Below are positions 37,401 to 49,421 of a DNA stretch of 64,000 nucleotides, in pieces (the stretch's first letter is position 1; each line of letters opens with the position of its first letter). Source of the stretch: Marsupella aquatica (taxonomy: Eukaryota; Plantae; Marchantiophyta); the NCBI GenBank assembly GCA_973895155.1, contig OZ316897.1:8889832-8953831 (forward strand). Direction: 5' to 3'. The notes below the pieces were generated by a model that made no database searches, was not told where the DNA came from, and was given only the letters and a program-made list of their open reading frames with translations. Position numbers and translations under genes: made by a program.

Positions 37401-39198
37401 TCCGCGGAGCCCTTGAGCAAAAGAATGCAGAGTTAGGGAAATCATATCAAGGGATTATTGCGCTACAGCAGGAGCTTGCGTCCCTGACGGCCAGCTTCAA
37501 GGCCGACCTGCGTGAAAAGGACGACCAGCTCAACCAGACTTATGCCAAGATGAATAAAATGGAGTCTGTGGTCGTAGCAGAGCTCGACAAGGAGCTAAGA
37601 GCAACCCAGGAGGAGAGGGCTACCTTAAAGAAAGAGTTGGAGGAAGCCAATAAGGAGCTGGAGGAGGCGTGCAAGGACCTGGACGAGACCCAGGAAGAGT
37701 TGGAGGAAATCACGAGGAAGATGGAGAACCTACAACGGCGGGCCGACAACCAAACGGAGCGGCTGAAGACACAAGCCGCAATATTTAAATGCTTGGCTTC
37801 ATCAGGACCAACTCCAATTGGGGGAACCTAGTTACCAGGGGTAGTATTGGCCGTAGGACAAGCCGAAACACTCACCCCGGTGTCGAAGGTAAGTGGCAAG
37901 GGGAAGGAACTGGCTGTCGAAATAGGGAAGAAGAAGAAGCGGAAACTTTCTAGGTCTGGGAGTTATACGGCTTCTCAAGCCGAGGTGACCGAGAGGATAA
38001 ACCCGGCACCAATCTTTGACATCAGCACGGCAATGGATCCACCAATCCTAGGAAGTGGAGATGGACCGGATCCTCCACTAGAACATGTCGGGGAGGCCGG
38101 AGCCGTATTGGAGGCCGGAGCCGTTTCGGAGGCCGGGACCGATACTGAAGCCAAAGTTGAGGGTGGACCCAATCAGGCCGATGAAGAGTTGACTCGGTCA
38201 AGGGCAGGTAATCTGTCAGAGGACGGACCAACAACAGTGGCTGCGGAGGAAGCGTTGGGGGCATCCATTGAGAACCAGCCACCGGTGTCGTGACGGTGTA
38301 AGGGCGCCGTCCCTTTTAGGGAGGGCGGACGTGGAGGTAGGAGGCGTGAGTGGGCAGGGCGGGCGCTGATCTCCAAGTTTAGACTTAGGATCAGGACCAG
38401 GAGATGGCCCTGACACTTAGATTAGTGGGATCCGTGGGTGAGGGCGACACTTGTGCTCCTGCCTCGCTGTACATAGGTAGATTACAGTTAGGTAGATTAC
38501 AGTAGATAGATTAGGCTTACGCTGCAAGGAATCAGGCGGATCCACAACCAGGATAAGTACCTGGGCTGCGGGGAGTTTAGGGCCTCTTCTTTAGCAAGTT
38601 TTTAGTTGCACCAGCAGGGCTGGGATCAAGTAGTAAGAGAAGCTCTCGGTTAGTTATACAGTGACCTTGTGTATATCCATGTTTCCTCATACCTAAGAAC
38701 TGAATTGAGTTGGCCTCACGGCTTAGTTCGCAGAGCTTGTGTATGAGATGTACTGTTTGTATTGCAAGTGCATGGTATAACTTAGTCAGAAGGAGTCATT
38801 TTGCTATTTGTGTGTCGCATTAACTTGTGTGAAGAGTGCCCACATCAACAAGTAGAAGGGAAGTAAGCAAGGGAGTGAGAGTTGGATGTGTCGAGCTGAG
38901 AGAGGTCTTAGCGGCTTAACCAAACCAATTGGGGATCATTCCGACGGCGGAATCCAAATATACCTAACGAAGAGGAGGGAAAGACAAGAGAAGGCCTAGA
39001 TTAGGCCAGCTGCATGTCTCATGACCCGATGAAGGATCTGTCCAGTATGTGTGTGTAAAATGTTAATAGTAGTAGTAGGAGGTTAGCAGCGTCCCATGCC
39101 GCTAAGCCACGGAAACGGCCTCGCCGAGCACGAAACCTACGGGAATTGGCTTGGGCGGGGGGGTTTCTTGGGTTTGGGGAGCCATGGGACGCACCACA
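34500..39198 (+). mobile_element. 4.7-kb LTR-like unit F1 (solo-LTR-like), containing a long ORF
   Basis: TGTGATGCCT...ACGCACCACA short terminal IR; perfect 5-bp TSD CGCAT (34495-34499, 39199-39203). The same 5' end recurs at 43924 (+) and 45904 (-). Confidence 0.8.
34877..38293 (+). pseudogene. F1 internal ORF: plant-transposon-protein-like domain + SMC-like coiled coil, with several stops/frameshifts
   Basis: MSNVNQAAHFWGCLFE...LETFVRLPW...LLEFVGSW...FYLTPRVIAEVFGLP, followed by heptad-rich ORFs 36632-37831. No gag/pol motifs seen. Confidence 0.7.
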
Positions 39199-41089
39199 CG
39201 CATCCTAACTTGGGGATCATGCTGCCATATTGAATGATACATAGCTATAGGGTTGGTCTCTATGTATAGACCAAACCCGTCGTCGTCTACAAGCTCCCGG
39301 AAGAACTGGTGTGGCATCCAAAAGATTGTAGGCCCAAAGTAATTCCCTAATCTACAATTATGTACACTTGACTCTAACCATCTAATTACATTCTCCGTAG
39401 GGGTTACCCTTTCCCAAAAAGATGTCTTCTCCCAAACTCCAAGACTCAAATCAACTGGATCGAAGGGAACCTCGTTGGTTCGGATGGTGTCCCCCGCACA
39501 AGCCACTGCAACTGGATCCCTTCCTAATGAATAAAAATGATTCATGGCAATATGACTAAATTGGGGTAAGACGAGAAGGTCTACAAAGCTCATCCACTCA
39601 TTGCTTACTATAAGATGGGAGGTGTAGTAAGGACCACTGAAGATTACACTCGTCCCATTTCTCTCGGTGTTATGCCATCCGGGCGTTTGGAGGAAGGTAA
39701 CCAGACAAGGTAGGGTATACTTCCCACAGTTGGTGTAGATTTCTCTCGCTGCCCAAGACTTCATTACTACTTCTACTAAATCAAAGATTTTCCTATGTAC
39801 TACTAAACTATAGAACCAATGGAGTCTCCGCGATGGACAGTCAGGATGCGTAGTATTTGCATCTGCCATGAGGGCCACATAATGAGGATGATCAGTGTGC
39901 TCTCGCTCCAATTTGGACAGCAAGATTTGGGTCACTCTGTTGTTGGCCCTTCCTCCCAATCAAAAATATAAGTCTGTGGGTTGAGTAAACCCAATGGCTC
40001 CCGACCATTCAAAGAATGGAAGCATAAATCTGATCCAGATCGGGATGTCATACCATATCCGGTCGCAGTCGTCTGGATGAATGCCCCTCTTGTTAATCCT
40101 TGTTGTGGCCAAAATAACATGGAGGGTTTCCAACCCCATAGCTTCATCAACTTTGATAGCATTTTGGGATGCTATCTTCTGCCCCGTGAATAGTCTCCAC
40201 GAGTTCACACTCACTCTTTTGAGTTGCTCCAGCCTCCTCTTGTGCACCTGATCCGCTAGTGCATCTTTCAATAACTTAGGTGTCGTGGCAGCCTCATTTT
40301 GTAGGCTCTGTACTTCCAGGTCCTAGGCCTCGTAAGTGTCCGTTGGAATCCAGACCACCTTTCTGCATTGCTGGACGAGCTCCTTACTTGCTACCTCTTG
40401 TAGCCATCTTTTCCTCTCCTTCTTCCTTCTTTCTCCTTCGTCCTCTAATGCAGTAATGTATGCCTGCTTCTCCTCTAATTGGCCTTGTAGCTCATGATTG
40501 GCCCTCCTTACTTCTTGGAGTTTCTCCTCACACTCCAAAGCCCCTAGTTTGGCAGACGACTCTTTCTCTATGAGTTCTTCCGCCTTCTTCCTATGCGTCG
40601 CTAGCTGGTCGGACATGTGGAGTGCCAATTGCTCTCCTTCCCCTACTCTCTGCTCCAACTCTTCAATTACCCGTTGCAGCTCATTGGCCTTCTGTTGGGA
40701 TACAAAACTGCATTTTGCGTGCTGGGTGGTGACCTCCTTAAATAAGTCCTCTTTGGCGGTGGATAGGAGATGGTTCCATTCTTCCTCCTTGTCAGCCAGA
40801 AGCTCCTGTAGCTTCTTCCTCTCCCTTTGGGTTTTTCCTAACTTGGCCTTTAGGGCCTGCATCCCAACCTTCTCTGTCCGGACCGCCTCTCGGGCCTGCT
40901 ATAGGGCTGTGGTTGTCTCCTCATTTTTCTCCCTTGCCTTGTCTAGTGATCCCTTTGAGTCCTCCAGCTGTTTTAGTATGAGCTTGTTAGATTCAGCCTG
41001 CTTGTGTATTTTTAAGAGAAGTCGCTCAACCTTCTTTTCTGCTACCCTCAGCTTCTCCATGTCCCGAGTTTTGCCCTCAGACTCCATGA

Positions 41090-43920
41090 CTGTCCAAGAA
41101 ATACCAAGGCTTCATGGTCGGATCAAGCTTGAAGACCTTTGTAAGATTGTCGTGGCTAAAGTTGGAGGTGCCAGCATCGGACTTACTAGAATTTGTGGGA
41201 TCATGGGACCACAAGACCAGCTCAACAAAGATCTATGAGAGGGATTTCTTTCTCACTACCGATGTGATTGCCAAAGTATTTGGCTTGCCGAAGGGCAACA
41301 AGGCTAAGGTAGAAACCCGGAAGAACTTGCCAAACAAGGAGTTTAGGTTGTTTCTTGGGCTGTCAACAAAGAACGGCTTCCTCCAAAACACCTGCACCAA
41401 CCCGCATATCGGGGATGATCAACTTCCTGTGGGTGACAATGCATTGCAACTGGCCGAGGCTGGAGATTGGCAAAGCATAGGTATACTTGGCAAAGAGGCC
41501 AGACCCGAGTCGGGACTACAATGGGTACCTCCAAAAGATATTAAAGGAGGAACAACATGTGATTAGCAAAGGGAGCGTGTCCCGGCTTGGTTATCACATG
41601 CCATTGTTGTGCCGGTATGCCCGGAGTTGAATCTTTGCCATGATCATTCCCCTATAGGCAAGAGCGCCAAAAGAGGAGGTAGAGACGAGGCCGGTGTCAC
41701 CTGTTTATCAAACGATTAACACAACAAACACCACATGGTTCTACTAAAAATTATTTGTATTGTATGACGGGGACATGGAGGGACGCTATATGGATCAATT
41801 TCCTACTAAGGATGAGTAGATTTGTTTCCGCTCCCGGAAATGTATTTTTTTATCAAGTCTACGGACTATACATGTACTCTGCTTTTGATCAAGTCCCGTG
41901 GACTACCTTGTTTCTACTCCTCTTGGCCTTTGGCAAAGTGCTGTCAACACTCTCCCACTCATAGGGTCAACCAAGCCATGTAAGTTTCTCTAAACATTCA
42001 TGCTAGGGGAAGAACACAATCATGCAACCAAGAGAGGGAACAACACACAAGAATTCATGAAAATCCAACCAAATTCATATCTCTTAGTGGCCAAGGTAAC
42101 ACATTGCATGGGGAACCCGGTCTCCTATTGTCTACCCAACTTCCACCTCACGGGACAATGAGCCCTCTCCACCTCAATACTCTGGATCAGTTCCCTATTC
42201 TTGTTGAAGGCTAATCCTCACAAAAACAACACTAGACTGAGTTCCCCCTGCTCCTACCGGGGGCCGCTGGTTAAATACCAAAAACAACAATGCATGAACA
42301 CACAAGCCCTAGGGTGTGATGGCGACCACTACCCTGGCGGCGCCTTTAACCTAAAAAGATTCTACACGCGGCACATACATGCACACTCCTAACCCTATTG
42401 CTACCTAAGTGAGGCCAACGGTGCCTTTGTCGGCCCTCACCTCAACTAAACAAAACTAGACTAAGTTCTATGTAGACCCTGGCCTACTTCCCTACTACGT
42501 GGCGGCCAACCCCTCCCGCTACGCTGGCCATGAAAATAGTCAAAAGTAGAAGTTTCTCGAAATCTGGTCTTGAGAAATTTTCTGAGTAGCCACGGCCATC
42601 CTGATCGTAACCCCAAAAACGGCTCCCAAAACGGACATCAGACGCCCGAGATATGGCCTACCGAGTCTCAAATCCTACCTTGGCCACTGTCACGTCGAAA
42701 TCGTCCGTATGGTCCCGGCCTCCCATCATGACATCAAAATTGAGATACCCTGGCCATGGCCACATGCCCTGACTTGGCCGGTAACTCTCCTGAAGGCCGT
42801 ACGGACGTTCGTACGGCACCGGACCCTAATTCTTCACAAAAACGCTTCGGTCTGTATCTCCCTCATTTTAACTCCGTTTGAGGCGTGTCTTACATCGTTA
42901 GATTCAGCTTGGTGAGCTCCTTCCAATAAGCCCGTAAGTTCTTGATTGTGAGAAAATTGAAAATTCGACTCTTGTGTGGCCAAGGTCCGTACGGCTCACG
43001 TACTAATCTTCATCTGACTGCTCGCTTGTAGTAAGATACTCATCTATGGATTGGCCACTGGAACCCTCACTGTGCTCCTGGCCAGGGTCTCCTTGGGCTT
43101 GCCCTCTGGTGGCCGGGGCCCCCCCAGGCCGCCTTACTGATGGCCGACACCCTCATTGGCCGGCTTTGCTCCTCCCCTCAGGCCACTCCTTGGATGGCTA
43201 ATGGCCTCCCAGCCTCCTCCTGGCCACCCAGGCCACCTTGCTGTCGGCTCAGGCCGCTCTGCCCCAGCCAGGCCGCTACCCTAAGCCGACTTGTTGTTGG
43301 CCACCTCCTGCAGGCCGGGGCTCCCTTATGCTGGGGGCACCTTGTTGCTTGGCCGGCACTCTGTTGGTTGGCCAGCACCCAAAAGTGGCGCTTGGCCACT
43401 ACAGCCCTTCAACCCGGCCTCCAATACTCTAATACTAGGGCCACTAAAAAAATGAAAATCTAGAAAACCCCCGGCTCCTACATGGAAGGGCACCAGGGTA
43501 CATGCCTTGTCTTGCACCGGCCAACGGCTTATCCCCCCGTACTCTAAGGCGTGGCCGACAACTAAAATTTAGAGGACATAAAAAATCAACACTCACCTCA
43601 TCTTATTGCACGTAAACTATCCTCGGCGAGGTTGTAAGAGAACAAAAGCAAAAAAACTTGACACAAATCTATTTATTTACATGTGTGCGTCACTACTACC
43701 CCTTAAAATCATTCTTTGGGGCCATTGGCCCCATCACAGTCGGCAGCAAAGTAGCCCGACCCGCTCGGCAGCCCCACCATAGCTCAGATCTTCCAATAGA
43801 TGCCGGAAGCCGGGCCGATGAAACAACCGGCCATACAGAGCCTTCTACACCTACTAAAGAAGGAGAAGGTGGCACTAGCACCAGAGGTAGCGGCAGCGGG
43901 CACCACCAGAACCGCTAGAA
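41090..43920 (+). pseudogene. Fragment of an F-family ORF interrupted by solo LTR E2
   Basis: 41090-41694 and 43739-43920 match 35480-36100 and the sequence following it (LKTFVRLSW...DLLEFVGSW). Confidence 0.75.
41695..43738 (-). mobile_element. Solo LTR E2 (~2.04 kb)
   Basis: TGTCACC...CCATCACA with 5-bp TSD GCCGG/GTCGG; ends homologous to E1. Confidence 0.85.
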
Positions 43921-43923
43921 GGG

Positions 43924-44540
43924 TGTGATGCCTTGCCAGGATCATTGAGTACTAGTTAAGCCTATAATAATGGCTAAATAAAGATTAGGTAGATAGTATA
44001 AGGTAGAAATAAAGACTGAAGCCGATTACAACATATTAAGGGGGAGGATTGCGATCGGGAAGGATCCAACAGGCAAGATCAGGTGGGATTAGGGTTATGA
44101 CCTAATTCAAGCCTGATCACGCAAAGCCATTAGGAGGCGGCTTTGCAGGGATTGAGGGGACGGATACTCCGTCTACTCGCTCATTTTTGTGTTCACAATC
44201 GGGACCTTGGGAGGCGGAAGTAGCTGACAGTCGATTGAGGGAGGTGGGTAGGGAATTGCTCAAGCTCCTCTTTTGTTTGGTGGAATGACCACGGTGAATC
44301 AAGCAGCCAAGTTTTGGGGTTGTTTGCTTGAAGAAGCACAGCAGCTCATACCGACCTACGAAGACGTCAAGCCAAAATGCGCAGCAAGGGAACGGGTGGA
44401 GCTTGCGCGGTTATGGGGAATTCATAAGATGGCTTTTGTGGGAACTGAGGAGGTGCTAGAGAAATTCTTATGGATTCCCACCAGTGTCGAGCTTGACAAG
44501 TTGCTAATCAGGGAGAATTTGGGAGGCGATCAAGAACGCT
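43924..44540 (+). mobile_element. Truncated diverged F-family unit (5' part)
   Basis: Starts TGTGATGCCTTGCCAGGATC; ORF MTTVNQAAKFWGCLLE is homologous to the F1 ORF start. Confidence 0.7.
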
Positions 44541-44899
44541 AGGCAATGAGAGCTCGTAATTGGTTGCCCGTAGTCTTGGATTTGACTTTCTCCTTTTTGA
44601 TTAACTTTGAGCAAGTTGGTTCCCGACCCCCTTTGCTAGATGAATTTGTTGAAGATTCTTCCTCTGAATGAGACGGTTTGGACGATTCTAAGGTCGAACT
44701 ATCCTCCCTCTTCTTTTGTTTGCTCCCACACAATTCAACAGTTGTTTGGTAGTGTTATGCTTGGATAATTGCTGCCAGTAATGTGGTAGGGGCCATCTTC
44801 CTGACTTCAAACTGCACGCATCAAGGTAGTCCCAAGATAAACCATTCCATCTGGGGGTTCTCAGGAGGCGGTGTTGTCCATTTCCTGATCTGCTATCGG

Positions 44900-45904
44900 A
44901 CGTGTTGAGTATATTTGCGGAGTGACTCATGCGTGGTCATCCAACTTTTGTTGAGACGACATACAATCCTTGCATCTGCCCATGCATCCTCTTCTCGTGC
45001 AAAATGCAGTTGCACTCCCGGTGGTATTATTGCCACCCAGCCCTTCCAAGTGTCGTCTTGGGTAGGGACGGCATTGACTGGGTCAATTTCTGGTTCCCCG
45101 GCTTCCTCCTCTCTCTGGCTCCCTTGTTTGGTTGGCTTTTTTTATATTGCCGACCTTGTCCTCTTGGCCGGTGTGTGCTCTTCATCATTGGCCATCTTCC
45201 TCTTCATTTCAGCCGTACTTGATGATTCTCCCAACAATGTTGCTCTCGTCCACGCTGTCGTGCAACCCTTCAGGTCCCAATGTTCATCGTTGCAGTTGCT
45301 GATGGCTTGCTGGATGCCAAAAATTTTGTTGTCTCAGATTAGAAGATCGTCAAGCTCATTGCCAGTGGGTGTCCAGAGGAATTTAGCCTTGATGAATTCT
45401 CCTCCCAAGAAGGCTCCTGTCGCTCGCGGGCTGCTCTCTCCAATTCTTCTTCCTCGTAGGTCCCAATGTACTCACTTGCCAGTTCAAACAGGCATCCCCA
45501 AAAATGTGTTGCTTGATTGATGTTGCTCATTCCCCTTTCTGGTGTTGCTCGGCAGCTGCTTATGCCCCCCGCGTTCTCCTCCATATCTGACAGTTGTTGG
45601 CTTCTGCTTTCACTCTACTCGATCGAGGTGCAAATGTCCTCCTAGGTTGCCCTTCCTTACCCCCCTTCCTCCCGGCCTACGCTGTATGTCTTGGTACCCC
45701 TTACCGGCAGCCGCCAGTGTTACATGCCTTAACCCTAATCGCTACCTAGTGACCGTTACTCCTCTTTTGGCCTTGGCTCCGGTTCCATGTATGCCCTTAA
45801 TTGTTTATGGTTTCCCTGTTTTTTTACCCTTATACTAATGGTTTATTGTATACTCTCCTATTTTACTCCTAATACGACCTAGTGATTCCTGGCTAGGCAT
45901 CACA
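44900..45904 (-). mobile_element. Truncated F-family unit (5' part, inverted)
   Basis: Minus strand begins TGTGATGCCTAGCCAGGAATCACTAG at 45904; encodes MSNINQATHFWGCLFE. Confidence 0.8.
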
Positions 45905-45967
45905 TGTTGCCTGAGCACCATCCCATTGGAGGGCTAACAACCCATAGAGACCAGCTACAACATTATC

Positions 45968-46850
45968 CTCTTCCCTCACTCTCCCTTCAGGTATGTTTGG
46001 ATTCCGCCCCTGGAATGATGCCCAATTGGCTTGGGTAGCTGCTAAGATCTCTCTCAGCTTGACACATCCAACTCTTACTACTTCTTACAACTTCACTTAC
46101 TTCCTGCTGTGTTGATGTCAATCTTCACACAAGTTGATGCGACACACAAATAGCAAAATGACTCATACTGACTAAGTTATGTCGTGCAAATTGCCATACA
46201 AACAATACTTCTCATACATAAGATCTGTGAACTAAGCCGAAAGGCCAACTCTATTTAGCTCTTAGGCATGAGGAAACATGAATGTACACAAGATTCACTA
46301 CATAACTAACCGAGAGATTTTTTTACTAATTGATCCCAGCCTTGCTGGTGCACTAAAAATTTGCTAAGAATAAAGCCTGAACTCCCCCTTGCACAGGTAT
46401 TTATCCTGGCAACGTATCTACCTATTTCCTTGTTGCATAAGCTTAATCTATCTAACTATAATCTACCTATGTACAGCGGGGCAAGAGCACAAGTGTTGCT
46501 CTTACTAGTGGATCCGCACTCCCACTAATCTAAGTGTCAGGGCCGCCTCTTGGCCTTGATCCTAATCCTAAATTTGGAGGTCTGCGCCCGCTCTACCCAT
46601 TTATGCCTCCTCCCTCCACGTCCGCCCTCCCTAAAAGGGACATCCCTCCCCCACCGTCATGGCAGTGGTGGCTGGTCCCCAATGGACGCCCGCAATCTTC
46701 CCTCCTCGGCCGATGTTGTACATCCATCCTCTGACAGGTTACCTGCTCCTGGCTGAGTCAACTTGTCCACGGTGTGACCGGGTCCCACTCCGGCCTCGGC
46801 CTTGGCCTCGACATGCAGAAGTGGTGGATCCGCTGCTATGGCTTTGGCAC
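45968..46850 (-). mobile_element. F-family 3' part (inverted)
   Basis: Reverse complement of ~38130-38990 (e.g. GAGTCATTTTGCTATTTGTGTGTCGCAT). Confidence 0.8.
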
Positions 46851-47119
46851 TGGCAGGCCCGACTTTGGCTTCCTTGCTGTAGTGGTCCTCCTCATAGGCT
46901 CGTTAGACTACAAGGCGGGTTGGTGGAAAGCATGATTGAGGGGTACATAAAAAGGATCTCCAAAGTCTCCACCAAAAGGAGTGAGTCCTCATGAATTTTG
47001 CAATAAATTGGGGGTGTTACACTCAAGGGCCAAGATGTAGAAGGGCCAAATCAAAGGCTAGATTTGAATATCAACCAAAGATGCATGAAGTATTTGCGCC
47101 AAACCAAAACCGGGTCCAT

Positions 47120-48965
47120 CCGATGAACAACATCGAGTGCTCATCAGGTTCCGATGGACAAGCTAGTTAGTCCGCAGCTTGAGCATCGTTCTCGGAAGCG
47201 GGCAAGGATGACGCCGGCCCCCAAACCGATCGCATGGACCAACACCGCCCCTACATCTGCCCTGGCCAACCCGCCGACCAACCAGTCCCGACGGCCCTCG
47301 GATAGTCAATAGCCCAACTTATTACAGGTAATCCGTGTCCCCGAGGTAGTCTAGACAGCGATCAAGAAACCTGGCCATGTAGACTATCTCAAGGAGCATC
47401 AATTGGAGCAATTCGCTCACTTGCTATGGAGGCCTAGCGCAGCCGGGCCAAAGGAGGCTTATGAGTTCATCTCCAATTTTGACATTGATGCGACAACCAC
47501 CAAGGTTTTTGGGCAGACCCTATCACTTACGGAGTATTGGTTGACACATATCTTTTGTCTGCCAACCGGGCCAGTTGATAGAACTCCAAATTTGGGATAA
47601 GGAGTATACATCCTGACACTTCAAACCCGAGGGTAAGACAGACAACAGGTACAAGCAGGGGTCATGCACCAACTTAGTCTGTATGGAGTGGCTTAACTTC
47701 ATACGGACTACCCTACACATGATTGAGCCACGATCTGAGATCTCCCTTTGTACAATCGTATAGGTGGAACAGTACAAACGGCAAAATTGGGCCCAATTCT
47801 TTTGCCACAGGTTCTCGAGGGAGCTTAGGCAAGCTCAAGGAGATATGTCTATTGGGGGAAGGACCTACCTAGGAAGTCACATCGCCATCATCCTCGCGAT
47901 TAGCGGCGCAGTAGGAAGAATTAGGACAGGATCAGTTAGGACTAGCCGATATAGGATAGAGTCCATCGACGGACTAGATTTTGGTCAGTAGACTTAGCTA
48001 CTGACACCCCGGTCAGTGCCCCCGCCACTGACGGTCAACCGGTCAGAGGAAATGCGACCGACTAGTCAAAAGGTAGTTAGTCAATAGACATTACCCCGGA
48101 AGGTAGTATCTTCCGGATCCTTTCCACACACGTAGTATTTAGGCTTCCCCTTTTGCTATGGAAGGGGGAGAAGACTTAGTTCACCTTAGCGCAAGAAAAG
48201 GCAAGGCACGGGTGGGTGACATCGGTCACCCGGTATTGACATTGGGGTGGATGGACTATTTTTGGTTCTTCCGGTGTCTTGCCCCTATGGACTAATGTTT
48301 CTGCTGTGGGGTGTGGGATGTTTATGTTTTGTATGTGCCTTGGGTTGTATGGGTCTGGCTTTGCTGGTTCTGATGGGTGCTGTTACTTGACGTGTTCTGC
48401 TTGCTTCCCCCTGCCATGGGGTTTTTGTGGCTTGTTTATTTATAAAACAAAAAATATATTCCAAGGAAAAGGCAAGGCACGGGGAGTCTTGGCCTGAGCA
48501 GGGTCAGAGTGCACTAAGGAGTGAGAGCCAGAGTCAAGCTTGTTGGGCAAGCGCGGGGTAGGGCCTTGTAGAGAGTGGGCATCGACTGCCGTTAGGCCTG
48601 CTGACCCCTTAGAAGTTGAGTCAACTATGTAAACCGATTCTTTGCTGAGTAAATGTAGTCTTTTTCCTCTGATTCTATCGCGAGTAACTAGTGTTATGTG
48701 CATGCTTTGTCTGGGCAAAGGCGCCATTTGAAGGGACGTACCGAGTGCGGACTAATGGTAGGGATTGCCACAAATTGCATGTCGCAAGGTTCTAAGTTGC
48801 GTTGATGGCTTGAAAGCCCCAAGCCAAAGTTAGTCCCAGTCACTAACTGTGGGAATATTCCAGCGGTGGAAAACAAATATACCTATGACCAGTACAAGTT
48901 GCGTAAGTATCATACCGGTAAGTATATCGGCTTAGCCCGACTTAGGGCTAATTAGGACCACTACA
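47120..48965 (-). mobile_element. Deleted G-family LTR-like unit
   Basis: Reverse-complement homolog of 61191-63880 (TAGCCCTAAGTCGGGCTAAGC; QFAHLLWRP...EFISNFD); terminus TGTAGTGG on the minus strand at 48965. Confidence 0.75.
48213..48465 (+). mobile_element. Short LINE 3' end insertion
   Basis: 18-bp TSD GAAAAGGCAAGGCACGGG (48195-48212, 48466-48483), present once in the paralog near 61670. GT-rich body with a 3' end like that at 33340-33360. Confidence 0.8.
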
Positions 48966-49054
48966 CACCTCCTTGCCCGGACCCTCATCCCTACTGGTGG
49001 TCATGGTCACCCCAGGGAACTAACTTGGATTTAAGGCCTGGGTTATGGGCGCGA

Positions 49055-49421
49055 CAGCTTCCAGCCTGTTACAATGCACCCTAGTCACCACCCTCCCCAA
49101 ACCCAGCCCAGGGCACAGGCACTGCCTTTGCATCATCCCACAAGGATTTCACGCCATGATAATAAGCTTTGGCAGTGTGAAAGGTTACGAACCAAACTTT
49201 CAGGAACCAGTAGGATGAGATGTCCTTGTGCAATCTGCCAAGGATCCCGTACCAGGGGTCTGAATGAGGTTTGGCGGCATATTGCAGTTCATGGAAGAGA
49301 TCCACAACATCGAGTTTGAAATGATCCTGCAGAGGAAGATTCTTCCGACGAGGAGTGGAGGTTAGAATTTGACGCTGCCAATGCTGCAAGATGGGCAAGT
49401 GAGGTTCTGCCTGGTGCGTTT
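49055..49421 (+). pseudogene. CACTA transposase 5' fragment
   Basis: Near-identical to 58270-58636 (MRCPCAICQG...HGRDP); ends exactly at the CACTA terminus at 49422. Confidence 0.85.

Larger units (their letters stand above)
34176..41087 (-). pseudogene. Decayed long ORF (coiled coil + unrecognised globular region) of another element, split by unit F1
   Basis: ORF pieces 40899-41087, 40323-40862, 39960-40271 and 39199-39959. ...HDPQVRMR joins LPKHEND... (34499-34176) in frame across the CGCAT TSD. Confidence 0.6.

Noticed and set aside
45895-45915. Apparent head-to-tail LTR-LTR (CA|TG) circle junction
   Set aside because: 45905-45967 is an inverted CACTA transposase fragment matching 58637-58699, not an LTR end.
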